A program made the position numbers and the translations under genes. The notes under the pieces were generated by a model, which did not search any database, was not told the DNA's origin, and saw only the letters and a program-made list of their open reading frames with translations. A DNA stretch of 63,794 bases, the filler included, from Choristocarpus tenellus KU-1152 (lineage: Eukaryota; Protista; Phaeophyceae): assembly GCA_964200185.2 (NCBI GenBank). It is 8 parts of 8 records of this genome, joined end to end, with 100 filler letters (N's around TTAATTAATTAA, not from the genome) between each part and the next. Parts side by side here need not be neighbours in the genome. Positions count along the whole stretch, not along the records: positions 12,046 to 22,737 come from CAXNAD020002782.1; positions 22,838 to 43,632 come from CAXNAD020000376.1; 6 more parts are not named here. One strand, 5' to 3'. Below, piece after piece: positions 13,120 through 24,220 of the stretch; the stretch's first letter is position 1; the number at the start of each line of letters is the position of its first letter.

Positions 13120-13361
13120 AAGCCAAGGTATCTTAGAGGGTAGAGCCAAAATCCAATGTTGTGATTTCGATGCAATTTTGGATATCGTGTTTGTTAGGAA
13201 GTGTCAATATCCTTGTTCTGGACACACCTTTTCATAACGTATACATTTTACCTACTCCGAAATATTTTGGAGTAGAAAATGTCATAAAAAACCCCATAGG
13301 AAGCCAAGCCCCAAAAAGGACAAACAGGGCAAAACTCGTACCCTCTAAGATAATTTAACTC
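13120..13361 (+). mobile_element. MITE family A copy
   Basis: Degenerate TIRs; flanks CCAT/TCAT (3 of 4 match). Confidence 0.9.
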
Positions 13362-14202
13362 TCATCCGAAGTATATTCCCCTGCCCTTGGCTCTGGCATT
13401 GAGCATTGCCCCCTCATCTAAATCCGGCACATATAACTCGCTGTCGGTTCAAGGAGTATATATTCCTATACACTCTGTCAATGTCCCTACACTTTCGCGG
13501 ATGGTCGAGAATCGACCGACTGCTTTGTCTGAAACACAGGGCTGCAGCCTCGTCTCTGTCCCTCTTGTTCTTGTCTCGAAATTGGTTGATACCCTCTTCG
13601 ATCTCGTCCTCTGTCATGTACTACTCCAGTTGAGGGGGTACATCTTTCCCCCCTATTTTTCGCTATCGTCCGGGAGGTAGTACACTGAGTAAATGTACGC
13701 CCCTGAACTATCTATGTGAGCATCGCTGACCTTCCCCTGTACGATGGCCCCCCCACTCGAGCATAGGATGAAGCTGGTTCCTCAACCGAACTTGGCGTCG
13801 GACGTGTCCCCAAGTCTGAGTTGCCTAGAGAAGCGAGCAGGTATCCCCCTGAGAGATTGCCGGTTCGATTCTGAGGTGAACCTCTGGTATTGACCAGGCA
13901 GGACCGTGAACGTATTGTTGATTGTTTTGAGAAACGGGTAGTTTTATGGATGATAGAGGATATACGTAGGCAGCGAAACGAACGTATGGGACGCGCTTAT
14001 TCGCCCTACGTAAGTTGTGAAATATTATGTGAGAGGTGTCAGTGGCGTTTGCAGATTGGGAGAACAAAATGACGCTGATTTGGATGTCGGGATTGGACGT
14101 TATGGGGGAGGAATCTATGTTGGTTAGAGGGGATATGAGGGGATATGTGACAGCTGTATATGGGCAGCGTGGACTCATTCGTGTGGGGCATCGATTGTTT
14201 TG

Positions 14203-14558
14203 TTAGAGGCAATAAGAAGCGTTACTCACCTTGTCCGTCCGTAAAATGTGAATAGTTGGCACGCCATCAATGAAGCTGGCACTCAGCACCTCGAAGTCTT
14301 CAGTGACAAAGACGATCTCATCTCCAGCACTGAACATCCCTCCGTAGCTGGAGTGGTGTCTGGCGTTCCATTGAATTGTGTCCTTGCGGTGGACAGTGAA
14401 TGGCAAAAACTCTATACCATTGTACTCAGATGGCTGCGTCCGCACAATGCATATGTTCCCCTCGGTGAGCTGTCTCTTCTTCCTGGACAGCTGACTTCTC
14501 AGATGCATATCACCTATTCCCGCTTCTGTGGAAAATCCGAGGTCTATTTCCTTAAGTG
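14203..14558 (-). pseudogene. 3' part of an ORF interrupted by the Copia insertion (joins 19745-19934); probable DNA-transposase remnant
   Basis: Removing 14559-19744 gives the in-frame join ...WQVTHMP|PLKEIDLGFSTEAGIGDMHLRSQ... Confidence 0.6.
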
Positions 14559-14563
14559 GGAGC

Positions 14564-14820
14564 TGTTAAGAAACTTGGCACATGTAAGGCTCGTTGCCAG
14601 AAGCTAGCAGTTGAATTACATGGTAAAGTATACACTGAAATATTAATTGCCCGTCAACCATCCATCATCACTGACGTGTGAATAAATGTTGGCGTATTAC
14701 ATTCTTATGCACGTACGTACTTTGTATCATACTAACTAAATATAAACGTACGTATAATAACCTATGTTATATACTTGTGTCAGCACAAATAATGTATGGA
14801 TAACACTAGGTTATTCGACA
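14564..14820 (-). repeat. Copia 3' LTR
   Basis: TG...CA ends; roughly 90% identical by eye to 19487-19744. Confidence 0.9.
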
Positions 14821-14823
14821 TCT

Positions 14824-15082
14824 TTACCTAAGTATCTTAGAGGGTACGAGTTTTCCCCTGGTTGTCCATTTGGGGCTTGGCTGCCCACGGGTTTTTAACG
14901 GCATTCTACTTCCTCCAAAATATTTCGGAGTAGGTAGAATGTGTACGTTATGGAAAGGAGTGTCCGGATAAAGAACATTGACATCTCGAAATAAGAATGA
15001 TGGCAAGAATTACATCAAAATTGCAGCATTTGAATTTGGCCACCAAATGGACGCTGCTCTACCCTCTAAGATACTTCGACTC
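14824..15082 (-). mobile_element. MITE family A copy at the Copia PPT/3'-LTR junction
   Basis: TSD ATCT at 14820-14823 and 15083-15086; one TIR tip is degraded. Confidence 0.9.
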
Positions 15083-15192
15083 ATCTTCCCCTTGCTGAAA
15101 ACAAGTATGAACTCTCAAATAATCACAACAGCAAAAATAAAAATAAAACACAAATGTTGTCTCACCTGTTCATCAAAAACTTCACATGTTGT

Positions 15193-16950
15193 CTAAAAAC
15201 TCGAACTAGCAAATTCTTGGTCAACTACTCTCTGGCTTGCAGTACTGACAAAAACAACACGAATCCCTCCTTTTCTAGACAAATCCCTCAAAAAATGATG
15301 TCGGACATCAATGTGCTTTGTTCTAGTAGAGCTTGTGGCATTTCGTACTAGTTTGCATGCACCATTGTTATCCTCAAACAAGTCAATGTAACGCCTAGGA
15401 AACTGTGGCTGAATAAACTCAAAAACACTTCTCAAGAAAAGTAATTCCTGTACCACACTACTAAGAGCTATGTATTCACTCTCTGTGGAAGACAGAGCTA
15501 CAACTCTTTGTACCTTTGACATCCAAGATATTGCTCCTCCTGCAAACATGATTGCTCCTCCAGTCACTGATCTACGATCATTCCAGTCTCCAACATAACT
15601 AGCATCAGCATACACACTCAACTCACACTCAGTATTAAAACCACCAAAACTCAATCCAACACTGGTACAAGTATTAAAATATGCCAAAATACATTTCACT
15701 GCACGCCAATGTGTGACTTTGGGATTGCTACTGTACGTGGCAACTTCACGAACTGCATTTGCAATGTCAAGCCTAGTCAAAGCAGATGCCCACATCAAAC
15801 TATCAACTGCCTCTCTGTACGGTGTATTTTCATCACCACTTGGATGATTCTCTCACTCTTGTTTAGAGTCCTTGAGAGATCATGGGGTACCGACCTCTTC
15901 TTTGCCCCATCCATACCAAATCTTTGACTAACACTCTTAATGTACCTAGTCTGACTGATGGTGACAGTATGTGCAGTTCTGTCACGTGAAATCCCACAAT
16001 CCATGTAATACTCAAGATCACCAAAGTCTTCTATGGAAAACTGCTCTTTAATCCTGGAGTGAACCCAAATCAAAACATCTATTTTACCAGCTACCAAAAG
16101 ATCATCTACATGGGGGGCTATCACAGCACAAACAACGCCATCTCTTACATAAGCCTAACACACAAGGGTCTGCTCTGCATTGCTCAAAACCACACTGTTC
16201 CAAAACGTGTACGAACAGATTATTAAACTCCCTGCTAGCCTGTTTGGAGCCATAAAGTGCCTTGACTAGACGCACAGTCTTTTCAGACCATATACCACAC
16301 CCATTACATAAACGTACAAAGATCTCTTCAGTAGTATCTGCTTGTATGAATGCTTGCTTCACATCCCAATGCTTTAATTCCCAATCTTTGTCTGCAGCCA
16401 AAGCAAATAACATTTTCAAAGATGCAGGGGACGGTGTTGGTGCAAAGGTATCTTGGTAATCTAAACCCTCAATCTGTCGAAAACATTTTGCTACCAAACG
16501 CGCCTTGTATCTAACTACCTCACCAAATTCGTTAGTCTTACGCTTGTGAATCTATTTAGTGTCTATTGCCCTGCGTCCAGGGGGCAAATGCTGCCTCCAC
16601 CCAAACATTATTCAACAACAAACCAGATATCTCTTCTGCTCTAGCTCGATCCCATAAATCACATTCGGGAGAGCTACATGCTGCTTTTAAAGTCTTGGGT
16701 TCTGGAGGGAGCTCATTCGCAAACACTTTAATAGAATCATCACTCGCATACATCACAAGGGTAGTCTCTATGGAAATAGACAAACAATATCAAACAATAG
16801 AACTCTTACAAAATAAAACAGCAGAAAAATCAAAGAAGCTTGCATAATGGTGACCTCAGCATCTGGTCTCCACTTCCTGTCATCAATGGTTAGGCGGTCT
16901 AGTTCCTGGCGCATACGCCTAGCCTCCTGGCATGTCTTAGGCATGAACAC
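15193..16950 (-). pseudogene. Copia pol remnant: reverse transcriptase + RNase H (frameshifted)
   Basis: QIEGLDYQDTFAP, WDVKQAFIQ, LVKALYGSKQA, HVDDLL, YADASY...RRSVTG, SSTESEY, EDN, RTKHIDVRHHF. Confidence 0.95.
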
Positions 16951-16968
16951 CGCATCAAGGGCGCGTCA

Positions 16969-17494
16969 GAGCCAAAGTATCTTAGAGGGTAGGGGCGCGT
17001 CCATTTGGTGACCAAAATCCAATGTTGCGATTTGGATATAATTTTGACTATCGTGTTTCTTAGGAAGTTTCAATATCCATGTTCCAGATACACCTTTTCA
17101 TAACGTATACATTTTATCTACTCCGAAACATTTTGGGAGTCAAAGTATCTTAGAGGGTAGAGCCGCGTCCATTTTGGGGACCAAAATCCAATGTTGCAAT
17201 TTTNNNNNNNNNNTTTGGCTATCATGTTTGTTAGGAGATGTCAACGTCCTCGTTCTGGACACACCTTTTCATAACGTATACATTTTACCTACTCCGAAAC
17301 ATTTTGGAGTAGGTAAAATGTGATTAAAAACCCGTCGAAAGCCAAGACCCAAATGGACAAACAGGGGAAAGCTCGTTCCCTCTAACATATTTTCACTCTT
17401 GGAGTAGGAAAATGTCATAACAAAAACTCATGGGAAGCCAAGCCCCAAATGGACAAACAGGGCAAAACTCGTACCCTCTAGGTTACTTTCACTC
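16969..17494 (+). mobile_element. Nested MITE A pair: inner copy 17137-17398 inside an outer copy
   Basis: The inner copy has a perfect TTGG TSD (17133-17136, 17399-17402); removing it restores AACATTTTGGAGTAGG of the outer copy. Confidence 0.9.
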
Positions 17495-17776
17495 TCACCC
17501 TGCACTTGGAGACCCCAGCGCAATAAATATATGCAAGGCTCGGTCTTGTAGCATGAGCAGCATCACCTGCCACGCCTCCCTCCGTAACAATAAAGGTATC
17601 TCTCATATTCCCCTTGTCCTCTCGATCAGTCCAGGAGATACTATTCTCAAGACCCCCCAGCTCTTGGACTGAGAGTAGATACGATGTGTCCTCTAGTCCT
17701 CGGGAGATGTGAAGGGAAGTGAGCAGATGACAAATAAAATACTACTATCTCTCGTCCTCATCCTTCAAGTAAAACT

Positions 17777-18148
17777 TTAGGATACAAGGTTGCATGCTAT
17801 ATTCGGAACAAACGCAACAGACGTCAGAGTAACATGCACCCACTCATCGAGGCCAACATGGAAATTCCAATTAGTCTTGCCATACCCTATAATGGGCAGT
17901 GATGTGCCGTCAGCCACGGTCATGCTGTGGCCTTGTGGACAGGTGGTGAAGTCATACATGTACTTAGAGTCTTTCGTTACAGTGTTGGAAGCACCCGAAT
18001 CAAAACACCATGTTTCGAAAGCATTCGTTCTCACCTTGCCATTTTCCGTCACAGCGACTAACATGGTTTTTAAACTTCCTTCCTGTCCTAGCCGGTTCCT
18101 CTGATCCAGCCTCGAACGTTTCGCGAAGGGGAATCGTGTGAGGCTCAT
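17777..18148 (-). pseudogene. Copia aspartic protease remnant
   Basis: WCFDSGAS...MTVADGTSLPIIGYG...VAFVPNIACNLVS. Confidence 0.9.
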
Positions 18149-18884
18149 AACCTATTGAAACCTGAATCGTATGCATCGTGCATGTAAGCAAAATGCGTAG
18201 ACCACTAGCGATGAGGAATCATGGTGTTGCGAAGCACCAATGAGTGATATGCGTAGTCTATGTTATGTATAGGTGTGATTGTGCTACAAAGCACCGACGT
18301 ATTTATTCTATTGTAACTATGAGATCATTGATCTCTCAGTCAAGAATGATGCGATGTGAATTCAGTATTCTTTCATGTGATACTCAACGAAAGACGTTCA
18401 TGCTCTGTGGAGAGGCTTGTAGCTGGCAAGGGTTTCAGTGGATGGTTTTAGCTCTTATTATATTACGTCCATGTGTGTGTTTGATACACAGTTTGCAGAG
18501 TGGCGTTGGTGCAATTTGAGGCAGTCATGAAAGAAATAATATTCTACCATAAATTTACAACTGCCATCTTCTGCTGATAAGAAGAAAGATTGAAAGAAAA
18601 ACAAACAACAGAACAGAACAAAATTGAAACAATATGGGATGCAACTAAAGTGACGTACACTATACTATACTATTTGTGTGGAACGCAGAGCGACTGTTCT
18701 GTACTAAGGTGTTCTAATGGTAATTGATGTGGNNNNNNNNNNAATCAACAGTCAGTGTTGACTGGTGGAACTGTATCGTATCAAGGAACAAACAGATGAG
18801 TAGCCTATGTTTTAACGACTTTAGCCGACTTTAGCGGATTCGCCCTCTGGCGATGTGAACTTCCCACCGACTTTGGTGATCCTG

Positions 18885-19420
18885 CCCTCATCTGAGGGCA
18901 AACAGTGTGCTGGTGGCCTCTGCTCCCGCAGCTGTAGCACAGTCTTTTATATGTGCAAGGACCTGCGTGCTTTTCCAGTCTATACCTTGTGCATATTTCT
19001 CTTGGCCCTGGTCAGCCCCCTGGGACGAGATCCTGTCATCCCAGGGGGTGTACGATGACCAGTCGCACCTTGGTTGCCTCCTCGGCTAACCTTTTCCTGG
19101 GTCTGTGCGGATAGAGCGCTCCCCGGCTCTCCGCAATCAGCTGCTTCCCGTTGAAGTGAGAAGTAGCGTGAACGAGCAGCTGTTTTTATCGTGGCTCTCA
19201 AATGCTGGTCATGGTGATATCTTTTTCATCCACACCTTCCTTCTAGATGAAATCTATATCACCCACCCTGATGGGTTCCTCTCAGTACTCCAATGCCTCA
19301 TCAATATCCCCCTTCGCCCCCAAAAATGCACGAGTTGTAGTGAATCAGTCTGCATAGTTGTCATCCGTAAGCTGAAGGAGTTTATTGTGAAACCCATCAG
19401 TAGCCATGAGTAATGCAGTA
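18885..19420 (-). pseudogene. Copia gag remnant
   Basis: N-terminal LQLTDDNYAD*...RAFLGAKG and zinc knuckle CYSCGSRGHQHTVC (CX2CX4HX4C) near 18895-18940; not in the ORF track. Confidence 0.8.
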
Positions 19421-19486
19421 CCAATTCAAACCAAACCAGTCCGACTGCGCCTCCCCGAGCTAGAGTTTGGATTAGGCGCTTAAGCA

Positions 19487-19744
19487 TGTTGAGAAACTTG
19501 GCGCATATAAGGCTCGTCGCCAGAAGCTAGCAGTTGAATTATATGGTAAAGCATACACTGAAATATTAATTGCCCGTCAACCATCCATCAATACTGACGT
19601 GTGAATAAATGTTGGCTTATTACATTCTTATGCACGTACGTACTTTGAATCATACCTAACTAAATATTACCGTACGCATAATAACCTATGTTACATACTT
19701 GCGTCAGCACAAATAATGTAAGGATAACACTACGTTATTCGACA
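19487..19744 (-). repeat. Copia 5' LTR
   Basis: TG...CA ends; lies directly upstream of the gag remnant. Confidence 0.9.
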
Positions 19745-19934
19745 GGGGCATGTGGGTTACTTGCCACCTGAATTGGGCAAGGTTGCCGATGGAACAGTTC
19801 GTGCAGTAGCACGACAGTTCGGTGTATATCAATGTACAGGAGCCGCCGGATGTGCACTTGCTAGTGAAGAATCTGTGCATGGACTTACTTGATTCCACTG
19901 AGGTTTGGGACACGTGGGTTGTGTAGTCCCGCAT
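19745..19934 (-). pseudogene. 5' part of the Copia-interrupted ORF with an HRF...ELSCYCTNC motif; probable transposase remnant
   Basis: ORF 19704-19934 runs into the LTR and continues in frame at 14558. Confidence 0.55.
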
Positions 19935-20692
19935 GGTCGATCTTGTAAGATGGAAGGTGGACTATCTCCTATGTGTAAAACGTGTCGATGTGTAGAAGTT
20001 TTGTGTACGTGCTACTGTGCTGTCTGCCGTCCCTGTCCGTCCAATCCTAAGGGTTGTGGTGATTGTGCGTATAAGGGGAGGGGCGGTACGTGATAGAGTT
20101 AGTGTCGGCACCGAGGAATTGTGCTGTGACCGATTCTATGTGATTGCATTTTCTTTGTATTGATAAGTGATACCTATCGCAGTAAGAAGTGTTTGGTAAT
20201 GACGGATGGGAGTGTGTGTGAAGAAACCGCAAACCTGGAGTTTTTGGTTAGTTTGTCGACTGGCAGATTAACGAAAAATAGAGGGCGATGGTTGCAAGAC
20301 GGCACGGACTTTGTGCGGTCGCTTACGATCACAATATGAGCGATCATACTGTGATTGGTGTTGTTGGCATGAAGGGAAGACACGGATGTGACATAATGTG
20401 TCAACGAAATTTGTTGCCTTGGTGGAATATATAGGTTAGCAAGGGACTTGTGGGTGCAGAATGTCGCAAGTTGCAAACAGGTATCAATTATTGTGAGTGG
20501 GGAACATCATACACGTGAGGGTTTGCATCTATTCCTGCAGCAAGAGAAGGATATGTGGCCGACATTGTTACGTGAAAGGGAACAAAAGCTTGGAGCTTAG
20601 GGTTGGTGTACCGATTGGCAGTCATTCTAAATCGAGGACGATGGTTGCGAGTGTGCATGGGCGGTGTGCGGTCCATGAATAAATGCATATTT

Positions 20693-20951
20693 GAGCCAAA
20701 GTATCTTAGAGGGTAGAGCCGCGTCCATTTGGGGGACAAAGTCGAATGTTGCGATTATGATATAATTTTTGCTATCGCTTTTGTTAGGAAGTGTCAATAT
20801 CCATGTTCCTGACACACCTTTTCCTAACATGCACACTTTACCTACTCCTAAGCATTTTGGAGTAGGAAAATGTCACTAAAGAACTCATGAGAAGCCAAGC
20901 CCCAAATGGACAAACAAGGCAAAACTCGTACCCTCTAAGATACTTTCACTC
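20693..20951 (+). mobile_element. MITE family A copy
   Basis: GAGCCAAAGTATCTTAGAGGGTA...TACCCTCTAAGATACTTTCACTC; flanks ATTT/ATCT. Confidence 0.92.
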
Positions 20952-21437
20952 ATCTTGAAAGTAGAAGTAGGAGATATTCTGTCCTTCTGGGACTGGTAGG
21001 TGAATTGTTCAAGCGGACTACCATAAGAGTGTGAAGTTAAAATGGGAAAGTATTCATAATTTGTGGAGATGTAGACTGCTGTTTGTGTCAGTATGAAAGA
21101 AGAGAGAAGAAAGAGATGGGAACCTCAAACGACTCTCCATTCCTGAATACGATCACATGGTTGAAAAGAAGAGTGAACTTGTTATTGTTTTATATTATTA
21201 TTTGTACCTCACATGTAAGTCAACAGTTATGTCAGAAAAGTTTAATAGCAATACCAAGCCCTATACATAATCCAGATGTACTATCTCATTGGCTACATCA
21301 CATGGACTCAATCCAATGCCAAAATATCATGTACACAATGCAGGGTACACCTTAAGCTTGTCCTTTTTTTGGACAGAGGGGTGCAAGGTCCTTATAAAGC
21401 ACAACTCAGCGAGATGGAAGCCTTCATCTTTACGTAG

Positions 21438-21701
21438 GAGCCAGAGCATCTTAGAGGGTAGGGCCGCGTCCATTTGGGGATCAAAATCCATTGTTGAGAT
21501 TTGGATGTGATTTTGGTTATCGTGTTAGGTAGGAAGTGTCAATATATATCCTTGTTCCGGACACACCTTTTTATAATATTATACAGTTTACCTACTCGGA
21601 AACGTTTTTGGAGTAGGAAAATATCATTTAAAAAAATTGGGAAACCAAGCACCAAATAGACAAACAGGGCAGAACTCGTACCCTCTAAGATACTTTCACT
21701 C
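21438..21701 (+). mobile_element. MITE family A copy
   Basis: Same TIRs and body as other A copies. Confidence 0.9.
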
Positions 21702-22309
21702 TAGCACTCGTTAGGAAAAGTGATCGCCCATCAATTAGGATTTGGTGGTCTGGGTAAAGACAAAGTTTGGGGTGTGAAACTCTCATTGTGGGGGGTCTCG
21801 GTACCATCCTGAAGTGCTTGAGCTATGTGCGGAGAGGGTATCGAATCAAGATCCCGCTCCTAACTGAGGAGAGGAGGGCACGTGTTCGAAGGTTCCTTGT
21901 TGAATGCTGGGGGGATCATAAGGGGGAAGTTGCAAAGGGGGAGAATGATTGCCGAATTGAAAGATAAGTTAAAGACTGGAGTGGTATGGTGACCCAAACT
22001 TGGGATCAGTTTTGAGAATGGAAGGAAACCACTGATTGCCCTTGCCCAACGGGAAATGACAAAATACATCCAGGCAAAGGACGAGATATTGAAGGGAGAC
22101 ATGTTCAACCTGAAGAATGTTCTTGACGAGCTGGAAGGTATGGACAAGTTAGCCGAATCAATGGATGCTGTAGAGGGGTGTGTGGAAGGTGGCAACAATG
22201 ACAACAACGAAGGTGGCGAATTTGAGTCTGTAATTTAATAGTGAATATAAAAGAAGGTACAGAAACACAAGGAGTACTCAAGTAGTACAAGCATTTTTTT
22301 CTTACACAT

Positions 22310-22565
22310 GAGTCAAAGCAAACGAGAGGTACCCAAGTTCTGGGTGTTTTGCATTTCAAGTCAGTTTTTAATCTTTTGCAATTCACACATATTTCTCTGG
22401 ATGGAGTTCTGAATTTGACTTAGGATCATTGGTTTCCCTATTGTTTGGAACTTCTCAACAGAATTCGGAAAAATTTAACACACATTTATAAAGAATAATG
22501 AAATTACAGATATTTGTCAGCATCCGTATAATGTAACTCTACGTACCTCTTGTTTACTTTGACTC
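22310..22565. mobile_element. MITE family E copy
   Basis: TIR GAGTCAAAGCAAACGAGAGGTAC...GTACCTCTTGTTTACTTTGACTC; body similar to 23960-24220. Confidence 0.8.
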
Positions 22566-22703
22566 TAAAATGTTATCTGTACTGTCAACCAAAACGAGTT
22601 GAGTCACCAAAAATATATCCCATGCGCCCTGTGTATGGCAGCATTCCAACGTCATAGGTTTCACATCATGAACAGGTTAATCAATGGTGAAAATCTGAAA
22701 AAT

Positions 22704-22737
22704 GGGTCAAAGTATCTGGGGGGGGGGTGCCGGCGTC
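22704..22737 (+). mobile_element. MITE family B-like terminus at contig edge
   Basis: GGGTCAAAGTATCTG + poly-G. Confidence 0.7.
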
Positions 22738-23959
22738 NNNNNNNNNNNNNNNNNNNNNNNNNNNNNNNNNNNNNNNNNNNNTTAATTAATTAANNNNNNN
22801 NNNNNNNNNNNNNNNNNNNNNNNNNNNNNNNNNNNNNTCCCGCTCCATCCCCAATTTTGAAAATCCTCTGTTATCAGTGGATAAGAGAGCATTACCCAGA
22901 TACACAAGCCCACTCCTTGTAAATGATAACATCGATCTTCAAAACACAAGTAATGTATATGTGTGTGTCTCTTTTGTACAAACAAACCACTGCCTCATAT
23001 ATAATGTAATGTAAGATACCTCTCCCTCGTTTTCAGTGCCCAGTTGGTGCACAATCTAGAGCTGTGTCAACTATGAGATGTGGTCCAGTTTGAACCAAAC
23101 GTCAGGTTTCCAGGATCCCCATATCATGCCATTATCTAGGGAGTCAACCACTGACTGGGACAATGATCCTGACCTTCCCACCTCGTGCCCTGTTTATGTA
23201 TGCCCTCTCAACATGGTATAAATTCTCTTTCGAACAACTACTGTCTTGATATCCTATTGTGTAAAGGTGATGTACTGGAAAGTAGAGGACTTAGAGGGGC
23301 AAAAGTGCAAACACCAGGCAACTAGAAATTGTGCTCAACTCCCATGGAGTGATGTCCAAACCACCCTATGACAATTGGTAGAGATTCACTTCATAGATCA
23401 GAATTGCACACCTTTGATGAAGGTAACACTCAACACTGTATAGTGTTATGCTCATAGCAGTCGAGAAGAAAACGTGACTATACATACTGTGTCTTGTACT
23501 AATCCAGTCCAAAACATGCATAACATACGTTACCGTTTTAGTATAACAGATGTTACGCGATATCACAGTAGTTGCGCAACATCACAATGAAATTATACAA
23601 CTTCTTTACAAACTTAGACAAGGTCGATTACTTTCAACAGTTATTATACCATGTAAGTATGTAAATGCTGTAAGACAATACTTCACTATAAGGACATACT
23701 GCCCAAAAAAGTGTTACAACGGCGTAACATCATGTTGTGCTTCAACCCAATATAAATATAGTACAGGGGATTAACACTCACTGCCAAGCACTGTCCGAAG
23801 TGCCATGATGGTGTAACATTATTTTATGATATATATACGTAGGGGTGATTGTTTGAACCCTCATTGTATCTCATCGGACAACTGTAAGCTTGAGACTCAT
23901 GAGAGGGTTGGCTGACTGTTTACGGGGTAAGCAAAAGAAAGAGAAGAGGAAGTCCTTCT

Positions 23960-24220
23960 GAGCCGAAGTAAACAAGGGGGACTCATGTGTCGACTGTTTT
24001 ACATTCTAAATTCAGTTTTCAATCTTTTGCAATTCACCAACATCTCTATGGATGAAGAGGTAAGTTGACTTGAGAGCTTTGATTTCTCTATGTTTGAGAC
24101 TTTTTGACAGTATTTCAGAAATTATCCTGTACGAATTTGTAAAAAAAGCAGAATTTTGTATATATTTATTTGTCAGCATCCTCAAAATGCAACCCTGGTA
24201 CCTCTCGTTTACTTTCACTC
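23960..24220. mobile_element. MITE family E copy
   Basis: GAGCCGAAGTAAACAAGGGG...GTACCTCTCGTTTACTTTCACTC; shares TCAGTTTT.AATCTTTTGCAATTCAC and ATTTGTCAGCATCC with the 22310 copy. Confidence 0.8.

Larger units (their letters stand above)
14564..19744 (-). mobile_element. Decayed Ty1/Copia LTR retrotransposon with both LTRs
   Basis: Direct repeats 19487-19744 and 14564-14820 read TGTCGA...AACA on the minus strand; flanks GGAGC/GGGGC (5-bp TSD, 4 of 5); polypurine tract AAGGGGAAGA before the 3' LTR; internal order gag-protease-RT-RNaseH. Confidence 0.92.

Noticed and set aside
21720-22238. Tc1/IS630-like transposase remnant
   Set aside because: Vague resemblance, fragmented, no catalytic motif visible.
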